Shown in pieces: positions 1 to 7,998 of a stretch of 64,000 bases of DNA. Position 1 is the first letter of the stretch. The number at the start of each line of letters is the position of its first letter. Origin of the DNA: an uncultured Candidatus Saccharibacteria bacterium (GTDB lineage Bacteria; Patescibacteriota; Saccharimonadia; Saccharimonadales; Saccharimonadaceae); NCBI GenBank assembly GCA_937981355.1, contig CALJPD010000019.1, positions 1,829 through 65,828 of the forward strand, read 5' to 3'. Under the pieces are notes generated by a model. The model made no database searches. It had not been told where the DNA came from and was given only the letters and a program-made list of their open reading frames with translations. A program made the translations under genes and the position numbers.

Positions 1-310
1 AAAAGTGCTCGGCAATAAAGGCTTGAGTTTGATCACTAAGCTCTTGTTTGGCATTAATGTGACAGATTCACAGTCTGGCCTACGTATCTATTCGCGCCGC
101 GCCATTGATGACCTCGATTGGAAGTCAACTGGTTACGAATTTTGCTCGGAAATGATTTGGCGTGCCAAGCAAGCGGGGATGACAATTGGTGAATATCCAA
201 TCAAGGCAATATACACTGACTATTCCCGTGCTAAAGGTCAAAACAACTGGAATGCCATCAATATCGTCAAACGCTTATTCAAACAACGCTTAACGGAGCT
301 CTTCGAATGA
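1..310 (+). CDS. Glycosyltransferase family 2, DPM1/GtrB-like polyprenol-phosphate hexosyltransferase, C-terminal fragment (5-prime end outside window)
   Basis: ORF runs to the window edge. The C-terminal motif SQSGLRIYSRR...GEYPIK is typical of the DPM1/GtrB GT2 family. Its stop overlaps the next start as ATGA. Confidence 0.75.
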   Translation, partial: KVLGNKGLSLITKLLFGINVTDSQSGLRIYSRRAIDDLDWKSTGYEFCSEMIWRAKQAGMTIGEYPIKAIYTDYSRAKGQNNWNAINIVKRLFKQRLTELFE

Positions 311-666
311 GATATTTTGCTCTTGTCTTGCTCAATGTGCCAATTATTCTCCTGGCGCTCGTCAACATCATCACCCAATACAAACTAAATAAAATCACCG
401 TCACTCGCTTACGCCACCAAGTGGTGATGTGGTTGGTGGTGATGGCAGTGCTGCTGAGCTGCTTCCCGCTGTATAATATTTCGATTGGTCACCCACCGTT
501 TGATTCGTCGGAGTTGAGCTTGTTTGATATTGTCCAGACGACAGCGATCGTGTTACTCTTCTACATCGTCAACACGCAGCGCCAGCGGATTGACCAAAAC
601 GAACGCCGCGTGCGCGACCTCCATCAAGAACTGTCAATTAAACTCTCGGCTCATGACAAAAAATAA
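307..666 (+). CDS. Small integral membrane protein (DUF2304-like partner of GtrB-type GT2)
   Basis: 119-aa ORF with 2-3 hydrophobic helices. It is ATGA-coupled to the upstream GT2 fragment, and its 3-prime end overlaps the next GT2 start by 14 nt. Confidence 0.45.
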   Translation: MRYFALVLLNVPIILLALVNIITQYKLNKITVTRLRHQVVMWLVVMAVLLSCFPLYNISIGHPPFDSSELSLFDIVQTTAIVLLFYIVNTQRQRIDQNERRVRDLHQELSIKLSAHDKK

Positions 667-1468
667 ATCACTCGATATCGTCATCCCCTACTGGGGTGAA
701 TTTGCCTTACTCAAAGAAGCGGTTGACTCTGTCTTGGCTCAGACGAGCGACGACTGGCACCTAACCATTCTTGATGACCACTACCCATCGACCGAAGCAC
801 GTGATTATTACACAAAGCTCGCCGACCCACGCATCACCTACATCCGGCACAAGAAAAATCTCGGCATCACCAACAACTTCAACTTTGCCGTCCAGCACGT
901 AACAGCACCGCACTGTATGATTGTGGGGTGTGATGATCGGCTCTTGCCGGAGTGCGTAGCAGTGGCATTGCGAACAATTGGTGAGGCAAATTTTTATCAG
1001 CCAGGGGTGGAAGTGATTAATGATAAGGGTCAGCCATATCTCCCACTGGTTGACCGCGTCAAGCGATTTTTGCAGCCTCGTAAATCAGGGCTTTACTCGG
1101 GCGAAAAGCTCGCAACGTCTCTGAGTCATGGCGACTGGCTCTACTTCCCATCGATCGTCTGGAAGACAGCGACACTCAAGCGATATTCCTTTGATGCAAC
1201 ATATACCATCTTAGAGGATCTTGTTTTGGTGTTTGACTTCATTCTTGATGGTGCAGTGCTTGCTTTTGACACAAAGGAGACCTTCCAATACCGACGCTTT
1301 GCCCAGTCGCTCTCAAGCAAAGAAAAGTCAAAAGACGGCGTGCGCTTTGCAGAAGAAAATACAGTATATAATAGCTATGCTCAGCGCTTCGCATCGGTTG
1401 GCTGGCATAAAGCCGCTCGGGCAGCGCGGCTCCATATTACATCGCGCATTCATCAGTTGTTGTCGTAG
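653..1468 (+). CDS. Glycosyltransferase family 2
   Basis: LDIVIPYWGEF...DDHY...CDDRLLP has the GT2 DXD-type architecture. The ATG at 653 gives a typical GT2 N-terminus (MTKNKSLDIVIPY); the longer ORF from 524 overlaps the previous gene. Confidence 0.75.
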   Translation: MTKNKSLDIVIPYWGEFALLKEAVDSVLAQTSDDWHLTILDDHYPSTEARDYYTKLADPRITYIRHKKNLGITNNFNFAVQHVTAPHCMIVGCDDRLLPECVAVALRTIGEANFYQPGVEVINDKGQPYLPLVDRVKRFLQPRKSGLYSGEKLATSLSHGDWLYFPSIVWKTATLKRYSFDATYTILEDLVLVFDFILDGAVLAFDTKETFQYRRFAQSLSSKEKSKDGVRFAEENTVYNSYAQRFASVGWHKAARAARLHITSRIHQLLS

Positions 1469-1806
1469 TTAATGCAATTTGAACATCCTCTAATCTCTAT
1501 AAAAATAGAGGTTATTTTATGGTAAATTAGTGCCTCTTTGCTCTTGTACTACTGTATGGTAGAACTTGAGAATACATTCATTAGTAGTAATTCGCTTATT
1601 ATTTTCTCTATTAGTTAATTCCAGTTTCATTATAGATGAGATAATGGACGCGAAATTGGTTTTCACTTTTATAAAACACTTTTTTATATTTTTATATCGA
1701 GAAATTTTAGAATAACGCGCTGTCTTGAGTAATATACATGATAGTAAGAGCGTAAAAATTTACACTATTCTACATCAAGAAGTATTACTCTTTGCAGCGC
1801 ACGACA

Positions 1807-1845
1807 AAACCGGCTCGATTTCCTCGAGCCGGTTTGTTTTATTAT
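1807..1845. terminator. Intrinsic terminator hairpin between convergent genes
   Basis: Perfect 12-bp stem AAACCGGCTCGA/TCGAGCCGGTTT with loop TTTCC, followed by GTTTTATTAT on the plus strand. It lies 6 nt beyond the GT8 stop on the minus strand. Confidence 0.5.
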
Positions 1846-1850
1846 ATACG

Positions 1851-2879
1851 CTACCTCACGTTTGCTTCAGTAGTCTCGGTTTTTTCTTTATCGACTTCAG
1901 CAAATTTGCGCTCCACTGCCATGATGTATAGCTGCATAAAGATTGGGCGAGGTAAGACATCATACAGATACCACACCAGTGTTTTCTTGGCATGTGGGAG
2001 CTCGGTGTTTTTCCATGGAGTGAGTGCAAAGTACTTTTGCCACAGCAGCCGGTTCGGGTGCTTGTTGCCAACTTCCCATGGTTTACCCTGAATACCATAG
2101 AGGGAGTGGATAATCTTGGGACTGTAATAGTTAGTCATAATCTCGTCGTAACTATAAAAATACGGCTGCTTAAGATTATTAATGCGCAGTAGATCTTGCG
2201 GCCGATAAGCATAAAACGCACTAGAGAAATTATAGGCAATATCGAGCGTCTTAATCTGCCCTCGGAACATAACATTGCAGAGGTCTTGATCGGCAATGAC
2301 ATAGTCGCTTTTCTTCGACAGGTGCTCGACAACTTGGCTCGATACATCATCTTTGAGCCATTTTTTGTGATTGATGAGCATGATACCACAGTTGTAGTAG
2401 CCATCGGTAGGCTGGAGACCAATCGTTGCTTTGTGCTGATTAGTAAGAGTATCGTAGGCCAGTGCCATGATATTTTTTTCAAAATCAAACTCCAGTAAAC
2501 CATCGAGCGAGCTGGTAATGATCGTGTGCGGATTGAGATAGAGTACGCGATCGGTCTTGATATCAAGATCGGCTAGCGCCAGCATCTTGAGCCACGTCAC
2601 ATACACCCCATGCCACGGCTTGACACCTAGCTTCTGTAATTTCTTGTGGTACGTGTTGGGATTGATAAATGTTAAATAGGCGTTGGGGTATTTTTCAACC
2701 AACTTCTTGAGACGATCCTTACTTTGTTTACTTAGCTTATACCCACAATAAAAAATATGAATCTCATCGAGTGTCTTGTTGTTCTCAAGCAGTGATGCGA
2801 TCGAAATCGCACTCACCACTGCGTAGTTATCGTCACTTTGATACAAGACGTTTAAGATTTTCTTTTTGACTCTGGGCAT
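1851..2879 (-). CDS. Glycosyltransferase family 8 (LPS galactosyl/glucosyltransferase-like)
   Basis: YQSDDNYAVVSAISIASLLENN and YYNCGIMLINHKKW are GT8 signatures. Confidence 0.75.
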   Translation of the reverse strand: MPRVKKKILNVLYQSDDNYAVVSAISIASLLENNKTLDEIHIFYCGYKLSKQSKDRLKKLVEKYPNAYLTFINPNTYHKKLQKLGVKPWHGVYVTWLKMLALADLDIKTDRVLYLNPHTIITSSLDGLLEFDFEKNIMALAYDTLTNQHKATIGLQPTDGYYNCGIMLINHKKWLKDDVSSQVVEHLSKKSDYVIADQDLCNVMFRGQIKTLDIAYNFSSAFYAYRPQDLLRINNLKQPYFYSYDEIMTNYYSPKIIHSLYGIQGKPWEVGNKHPNRLLWQKYFALTPWKNTELPHAKKTLVWYLYDVLPRPIFMQLYIMAVERKFAEVDKEKTETTEANVR

Positions 2880-2895
2880 GGCCTGCCTCTCTCCT

Positions 2896-3753
2896 TTATT
2901 CCACCGCTGCTATGTTTTTTACGTAGTTTTCCAGTAATGGCTGGTAGCTCTCACTGATGAATCCGGTGTTGTGCAACTTCGACAAATTCATATCACTATA
3001 CATTGGTCGAGGTGCAAACGGAATCTTATCTTTACTATACTCTTGTGTTGACACTTTTACAACCCTATCGCGATCGTGCCCTGCATATTCGAAGATATCC
3101 TCGGCAAGCTCTGCCCATGACTTGATCGGTCCGGAGTTAGAGACATGATACAAACCATACTCGGCCTTGGTATCTATCAAATGCTTGGTGGCACGCGCAA
3201 TCTCCGACGCAAAGGTTGGCCGACCATATTGATCATCCACAACCTTAGGGTTAATGCGCATGTCGGCCAGGCGCTTCATCGTCCGTGGGAAATTGTGCCC
3301 ATCGCCAATCACCCACGAAACACGCAGCACATAATGACGTGGCGCAAGGCTAACTAGTAGATCTCCTGCTGCCTTGACATCACCATAGACCGACAGTGGT
3401 GAGAGTGACTCATCCTCGCCATGGTTTTTGTTCGTCCCATCAAAGACATAGTCGGATGAGTAGTGCACCAGTGTAATATCATGCTCCAGCGCTACCTTGA
3501 CGAGGTTGCGCGGGCCAACGGCATTAACCTGCCAGGCTTTAGCGCGGCCTTCACGTGTTTCGGATCCATCGGCATTGACGAACGCCGCCGCGTTGATAAT
3601 GACATCCACACCCGACCAATCATACCCAAGCACCTGCTCTTCATCAGTAATGTCGAGCTGCTGGTGACCCAGCGCCGTTGCCTTTGGATATATCTCCTGG
3701 AGCGCCCGCCCCACCTGGCCATTACAACCCAATATTACAATCCCCTTGCTCAT
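2896..3753 (-). CDS. rfbD: dTDP-4-dehydrorhamnose reductase
   Basis: N-terminal GCNGQVGRALQ Rossmann motif, HYSSDYVFDG, and a PRPMYSDMNLSKL C-terminal motif typical of RmlD. GGAGG SD 5 nt upstream of the ATG. Confidence 0.8.
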   Translation of the reverse strand: MSKGIVILGCNGQVGRALQEIYPKATALGHQQLDITDEEQVLGYDWSGVDVIINAAAFVNADGSETREGRAKAWQVNAVGPRNLVKVALEHDITLVHYSSDYVFDGTNKNHGEDESLSPLSVYGDVKAAGDLLVSLAPRHYVLRVSWVIGDGHNFPRTMKRLADMRINPKVVDDQYGRPTFASEIARATKHLIDTKAEYGLYHVSNSGPIKSWAELAEDIFEYAGHDRDRVVKVSTQEYSKDKIPFAPRPMYSDMNLSKLHNTGFISESYQPLLENYVKNIAAVE

Positions 3754-3774
3754 ATACCCTCCTTTATTTCCGCT

Positions 3775-3785
3775 ATTATAGCACA
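3775..3785 (-). promoter_or_regulatory. Extended -10 (TGcTATAAT) candidate promoter for rfbD
   Basis: The minus strand reads TGTGCTATAAT about 22 nt upstream of the rfbD ATG, followed by a GGAGG SD. Confidence 0.3.
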
Positions 3786-4201
3786 GTTAGCGTAAGCTTT
3801 TTGAAATATACGAAATCGTATGGTCGATGTGAAACAAAAAAGTACACTGGAGAGCTACCCTCTCCTTCTAAAAACTCATATAGCACCGTTAGATCTCTCA
3901 CCTTCTCAGGATATCGTAGCAATCAATTTTGTTAAGTAAGTGAGTCAGAAAAACTTGAATCTCATAATCTCTCTTTCTTAGTACTAGATAGAACCCCACT
4001 TTCTCATCGCTCTATCAGATAGAGGTGTACAATCAATTGTAATGATCAATTTCACCCCAGCATAAGAGGTTGGTATCTCGTAAGCTCAACCCTTTTAGTA
4101 CTCCGTCGGGGGAGTGAGGTGCTTTGAGGTTTAGGGTAGGAGATTAATAAAAAACAACCAATAGCTTTGCCTCAGAGCGATATGGAGATTATCCACTCAC
4201 A

Positions 4202-5431
4202 CTACAACACAGCCATACAGCGCAGCTGCCGGCGGTAGACTACTGAGAGCAGCGCCGCTTGGATGATGCCTGCCACCATAAAGCACAGCACACTGCCCAG
4301 CATCGCATAGTGCTGCACCACACCATACGAAACGACTGTGAGTACAATGTTACTCAGCAAAAGTATATAGAACTGTCCTTTGAATTCGCGCAGTACAGTG
4401 AGGATATTGATATAAATCGACACCAGCGCATTAGCCACCGCTCCCACGACCATGACGAGTAGCTCGGTGCGATAATCAGTAATGCGTGCATTGAAAATGA
4501 GAGTAAGAAGCGGTGCCCCAACTAGCCAGGTTGCAATCAGTGTCAGCGCACTAATACCCAAGACAATCAGGATAATTTTGCTCACCAAAGCGTGGAACTC
4601 AGGGCGCTTTTGCTGATGATAGAGCTCCGACAGCTGCACAATATTGGGCTGAATTATGAAGGTAATGAATAGTGAGAGCAAGGTGATGGGCATGGCCATA
4701 ATACCAAAATACGCGATCTCGTGCGTGTGGAATTTGTCAAGAAAATAGCGCGGAATATTAAGCGAAAACATCGTCAAGAATGTGGTAAGAAACACTGGTG
4801 CGCAGCGCCGCATGATCATACCAACATGACGCAGCTTAGGCACGAGATGGTCGATATGAAGCTGAATGGATTCGTACCGCTGTACCTGTTGCCAATCATA
4901 CAACACAAGCACGAGGACATTGACCAACACAATCGCTATTACCCCCCATAGCACACTGTGCACAAGCATATCGACGAGTAAAAATGCTCCAAAACCACCC
5001 ACTGCCTTAATAGTAAGCGAATAGCCAACAACGTAGAGTCTGTGGTGGATTTGCAGCACGCCATAGAGTGCGTCGGCCACTGCCTCCAGCGCCTTGAAGA
5101 GTACGAGCGCAATGATGATACTCGATTTAACGACATCATAGTGATTCGCCGCGCAAAACAGCACCGCACCCACCATCATCACGATCGACGTCACGAGTTT
5201 GACGGCAAGGTAACTACTGCTACTAAACTCTTTGCGCACATCCGACACCTGATAAGTGCGCCCACCCCACAAGCCAATCGCCCAGAACACTACCGAGAGC
5301 GATAACGCAAAGGAAAAAATTCCCGAGTCGGCAATGCCATTAAGCCGCGTAATAAGTAGCAGGAGCGCTGGCGAGATAGCACTTTGCAAAAAGGAGCCGA
5401 TGGAGTTCCAAATATAATTTTTAGATTGCAT
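4202..5431 (-). CDS. Polysaccharide biosynthesis protein, MOP-superfamily flippase (Wzx-like)
   Basis: 409-aa polytopic membrane protein with 10 or more hydrophobic helices, in a glycan cluster context. Confidence 0.6.
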   Translation of the reverse strand: MQSKNYIWNSIGSFLQSAISPALLLLITRLNGIADSGIFSFALSLSVVFWAIGLWGGRTYQVSDVRKEFSSSSYLAVKLVTSIVMMVGAVLFCAANHYDVVKSSIIIALVLFKALEAVADALYGVLQIHHRLYVVGYSLTIKAVGGFGAFLLVDMLVHSVLWGVIAIVLVNVLVLVLYDWQQVQRYESIQLHIDHLVPKLRHVGMIMRRCAPVFLTTFLTMFSLNIPRYFLDKFHTHEIAYFGIMAMPITLLSLFITFIIQPNIVQLSELYHQQKRPEFHALVSKIILIVLGISALTLIATWLVGAPLLTLIFNARITDYRTELLVMVVGAVANALVSIYINILTVLREFKGQFYILLLSNIVLTVVSYGVVQHYAMLGSVLCFMVAGIIQAALLSVVYRRQLRCMAVL

Positions 5432-5484
5432 AATCTTATTTAGTATACCACTGGTTGGTTATTTCTCGCGATTTAGACCATAAT

Positions 5485-5513
5485 TTGCTCTGTTGTGATT
5501 TGTGCTCTATAAT
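5485..5513 (+). promoter_or_regulatory. Sigma70-like promoter TTGCTC-N17-TATAAT directly upstream of the ATG at 5524 (leaderless-type)
   Basis: -35 at 5485-5490 and -10 at 5508-5513. The ATG lies 10 nt after the -10, so the predicted TSS is within a few nt of the start codon. Confidence 0.35.
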
Positions 5514-5523
5514 CAGGCGTGTT

Positions 5524-6963
5524 ATGAAGAAGTATTGGGCATCATTCGAATCATTTATTGCACGGCCAGAGCGGGTCTTTCTTTCGCTGTGTTTGTTGTT
5601 TGGCTTGTTGTCGGCGTTTTTTGTGCCGCAGCTATCGGTGAGTGATGAGAATATGCACTACTTGCGGGCCTATGCGCTGGCAGATGGGCGCTTAGAATCC
5701 AAGCGCTGCACCTACCCAGCGGATGTTAATGGCCGGGCATCATCGGTGTATCATGGCAATATTAGCGCTGATTATTCGCACCCCATCAACCGCTCAGATC
5801 TCAAGACAACAAGCAAATGCAACAGTGCTGTGGGTTATACCCCTATTATGCATGCGCCGCAAACGCTTGGTATTTTCATCGCTAATCTCTTCAATGGATC
5901 GACGGGCCTGACGATTCTCTTTGGGCGGATTGCCAACTTGCTGTTCTATGCGCTGAGTGTATTTTTCATTATCAAGTGGGTGCGGATTGGCAAGTGGGTC
6001 TTTGCAGTGGTGGGGCTGCTACCACTAATGGTTCATCTCGCTGCCTCGCTCTCGAGCGACGTCATGACGAATGTGGCGATATTCCTCATTACCGCCATGA
6101 CACTCAATCTCTACACCCAAGAAACGCCGATCCGCCGCAAGCAAGTCGCTGGCCTCTTAGCTATAGCGGCGCTGCTGGCACTGACCAAGGCGGTTAATGG
6201 CTTACTGCTCTTTCCGCTACTCTTTTTGCCAAGGCGGCTCTTTATCCCAAACACCGAGCTGTCGAAATTGCCATCACTACTCAAGAAGCTCCCCTTCAGC
6301 CTACACAAGTGGGCGCTGATCGCGGGCGCTGGCATTGTGTCGCTGGCGGCACTACTCATCTGGCAAAAGATCTATGATGGTGCGCTCCTTTCATCTGGCG
6401 CAGCTGATAATCCATTGCATCACAACCCGCTTGGCTTTATCCGCATCCTCTTTAATACTTACATTAATCCAAACATCGGCTACACCGACATCGTGGTACG
6501 TGGGAGTGTGGGCGACTTTTCAAGCTTCAAATATCACCTGCCGCTCTTTGTTTTGATTCCACTCTTTCTACTGGTCTTTCTTGCACTCATCAAGCGCGAT
6601 AAGACTGAGGAGCAAGCACTCGCCCCAGCTGCTGGTCGATTAGCCGTGGCCAACCTCACCACTGTTGCTGTCTTCATTGCGGCAGTTTCGTACGCCATGT
6701 ACACCGCCTGGGCGCTGCTACCAATTCGTTTTGGTGCCGGTGCATACTACGCCGATGGAGTGCAGGGGCGTTACTTTACGGCGCTACTCGTACTACTCAT
6801 CCCCTGTGGGGTGTGGCTACGCAAGTATATTTGGTTCCATACTGCCTCGGCTAAGGTGTTTCACGCCCTTATATTCTTTGGCTGCGGGGCAATTTTGCTG
6901 TACTATACCTTTGGCACCTATTGGGCTTACCACGCGCCAATACCAGTGCCGCCGGTAGCATAA
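5524..6963 (+). CDS. Polytopic membrane protein, DUF2142-like putative glycan polymerase/transferase
   Basis: About 480 aa with many TM helices and a large loop (YLRAYALADGRLESKRCTYP) resembling DUF2142/GT-C-like proteins in polysaccharide loci. Start chosen at MKKYWASF. Confidence 0.5.
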   Translation: MKKYWASFESFIARPERVFLSLCLLFGLLSAFFVPQLSVSDENMHYLRAYALADGRLESKRCTYPADVNGRASSVYHGNISADYSHPINRSDLKTTSKCNSAVGYTPIMHAPQTLGIFIANLFNGSTGLTILFGRIANLLFYALSVFFIIKWVRIGKWVFAVVGLLPLMVHLAASLSSDVMTNVAIFLITAMTLNLYTQETPIRRKQVAGLLAIAALLALTKAVNGLLLFPLLFLPRRLFIPNTELSKLPSLLKKLPFSLHKWALIAGAGIVSLAALLIWQKIYDGALLSSGAADNPLHHNPLGFIRILFNTYINPNIGYTDIVVRGSVGDFSSFKYHLPLFVLIPLFLLVFLALIKRDKTEEQALAPAAGRLAVANLTTVAVFIAAVSYAMYTAWALLPIRFGAGAYYADGVQGRYFTALLVLLIPCGVWLRKYIWFHTASAKVFHALIFFGCGAILLYYTFGTYWAYHAPIPVPPVA

Positions 6964-7384
6964 GAAAGAGAAAGCTCTTCTTTCTATCTCTCAAAACTCT
7001 CTATTTCTTTTGGTTTCATCTGCCTCAGTATCAAAACTTTCTTTTTGGAGTCAACCCCTCCGCTCCATTACTTCATCCAACGGGTATATACAAACCTATC
7101 ACTATCATAGCCAATTTTCAGCGCTGGGAGATTGCCATTTGTGGAGAAGAGTGGCGCTCTTTGTGACATCTTGAGAGTGATAAAAACAGAGAGATACGAG
7201 AATTGGTAAGGCTCTGAAACACAGGTTACCTTGAATTATATTAATTGACTGCTACACCTATTTTACTTTTAATCAAGAGATTTTTATACCACTGAGAACA
7301 TAGTCTCCATACACCACAGAAAAAATAAGATTATATAAGGATTCTTTGAAATTCTATTTTTCACCTTCCCCTTTCATTACGCTT

Positions 7385-7393
7385 ATGCTATAG
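7385..7393 (+). promoter_or_regulatory. Extended -10 (TGcTATAGT) candidate promoter for the 7423-10308 two-gene unit
   Basis: TGCTATAGT sits about 30 nt upstream of the ATG at 7423. No SD. Confidence 0.25.
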
Positions 7394-7422
7394 TGACATA
7401 GAACACTAATAGCACAAGCATT

Positions 7423-7998
7423 ATGAAATTATTACGTACTCTATCCAAAAAACGTCTCACACTCATCATTAGTATTGGCATTGCGCTCGTCGCCGCTGGT
7501 GGTTATGGTGCCTATATCGCAACGCGCCCTGCCCCACTGCCACCCCTGTCAGATGAGCCAACACCAGCCCAAAAACAAACGCAGCACAAGACCGATGCCG
7601 CCACGAAAGAATCATTTCTAGACAGCAACACAAACCATGACACGAATACTACCAAAGACACCTCTCAGCAGCGCATCACCCAGGCTCAGCCCGCGCCAGT
7701 CCCAACCTCAGCGAAGCATATTGAGCTCTCTGCTGAGCAGTCAGGCGAAACAGTCGTTGTGACTACTAAGCTGAGAGAACAAGGCTTTTCCTCTGGTCAG
7801 TGCGTGCTGACGATCACTAGTAGCGAGCAGCGCTCCGAGCAGCACGCTGCCATCATCTACCAACCAGAATACTCCACCTGCGCAGGATTCTCGCTGCCAG
7901 CTCGGTCGCTCCCCAAAGGTATGTGGCATATTTCTCTCGCTGTCACGCCACTTGGTGGCAAGACACTCACGAAGACACTTGATAAGGAGATTCGCTAG
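7423..7998 (+). CDS. Hypothetical N-terminally anchored or secreted protein
   Basis: N-terminal TM or signal segment LTLIISIGIALVAAGGYGAYI followed by a Pro/Thr/Gln-rich linker. Its stop abuts the next ATG (TAGATG). Confidence 0.45.
   Translation: MKLLRTLSKKRLTLIISIGIALVAAGGYGAYIATRPAPLPPLSDEPTPAQKQTQHKTDAATKESFLDSNTNHDTNTTKDTSQQRITQAQPAPVPTSAKHIELSAEQSGETVVVTTKLREQGFSSGQCVLTITSSEQRSEQHAAIIYQPEYSTCAGFSLPARSLPKGMWHISLAVTPLGGKTLTKTLDKEIR

Noticed and set aside
524-652. GT2 ORF start at 524
   Set aside because: It overlaps the preceding membrane-protein ORF by 140 nt. The ATG at 653 gives a canonical GT2 N-terminus.
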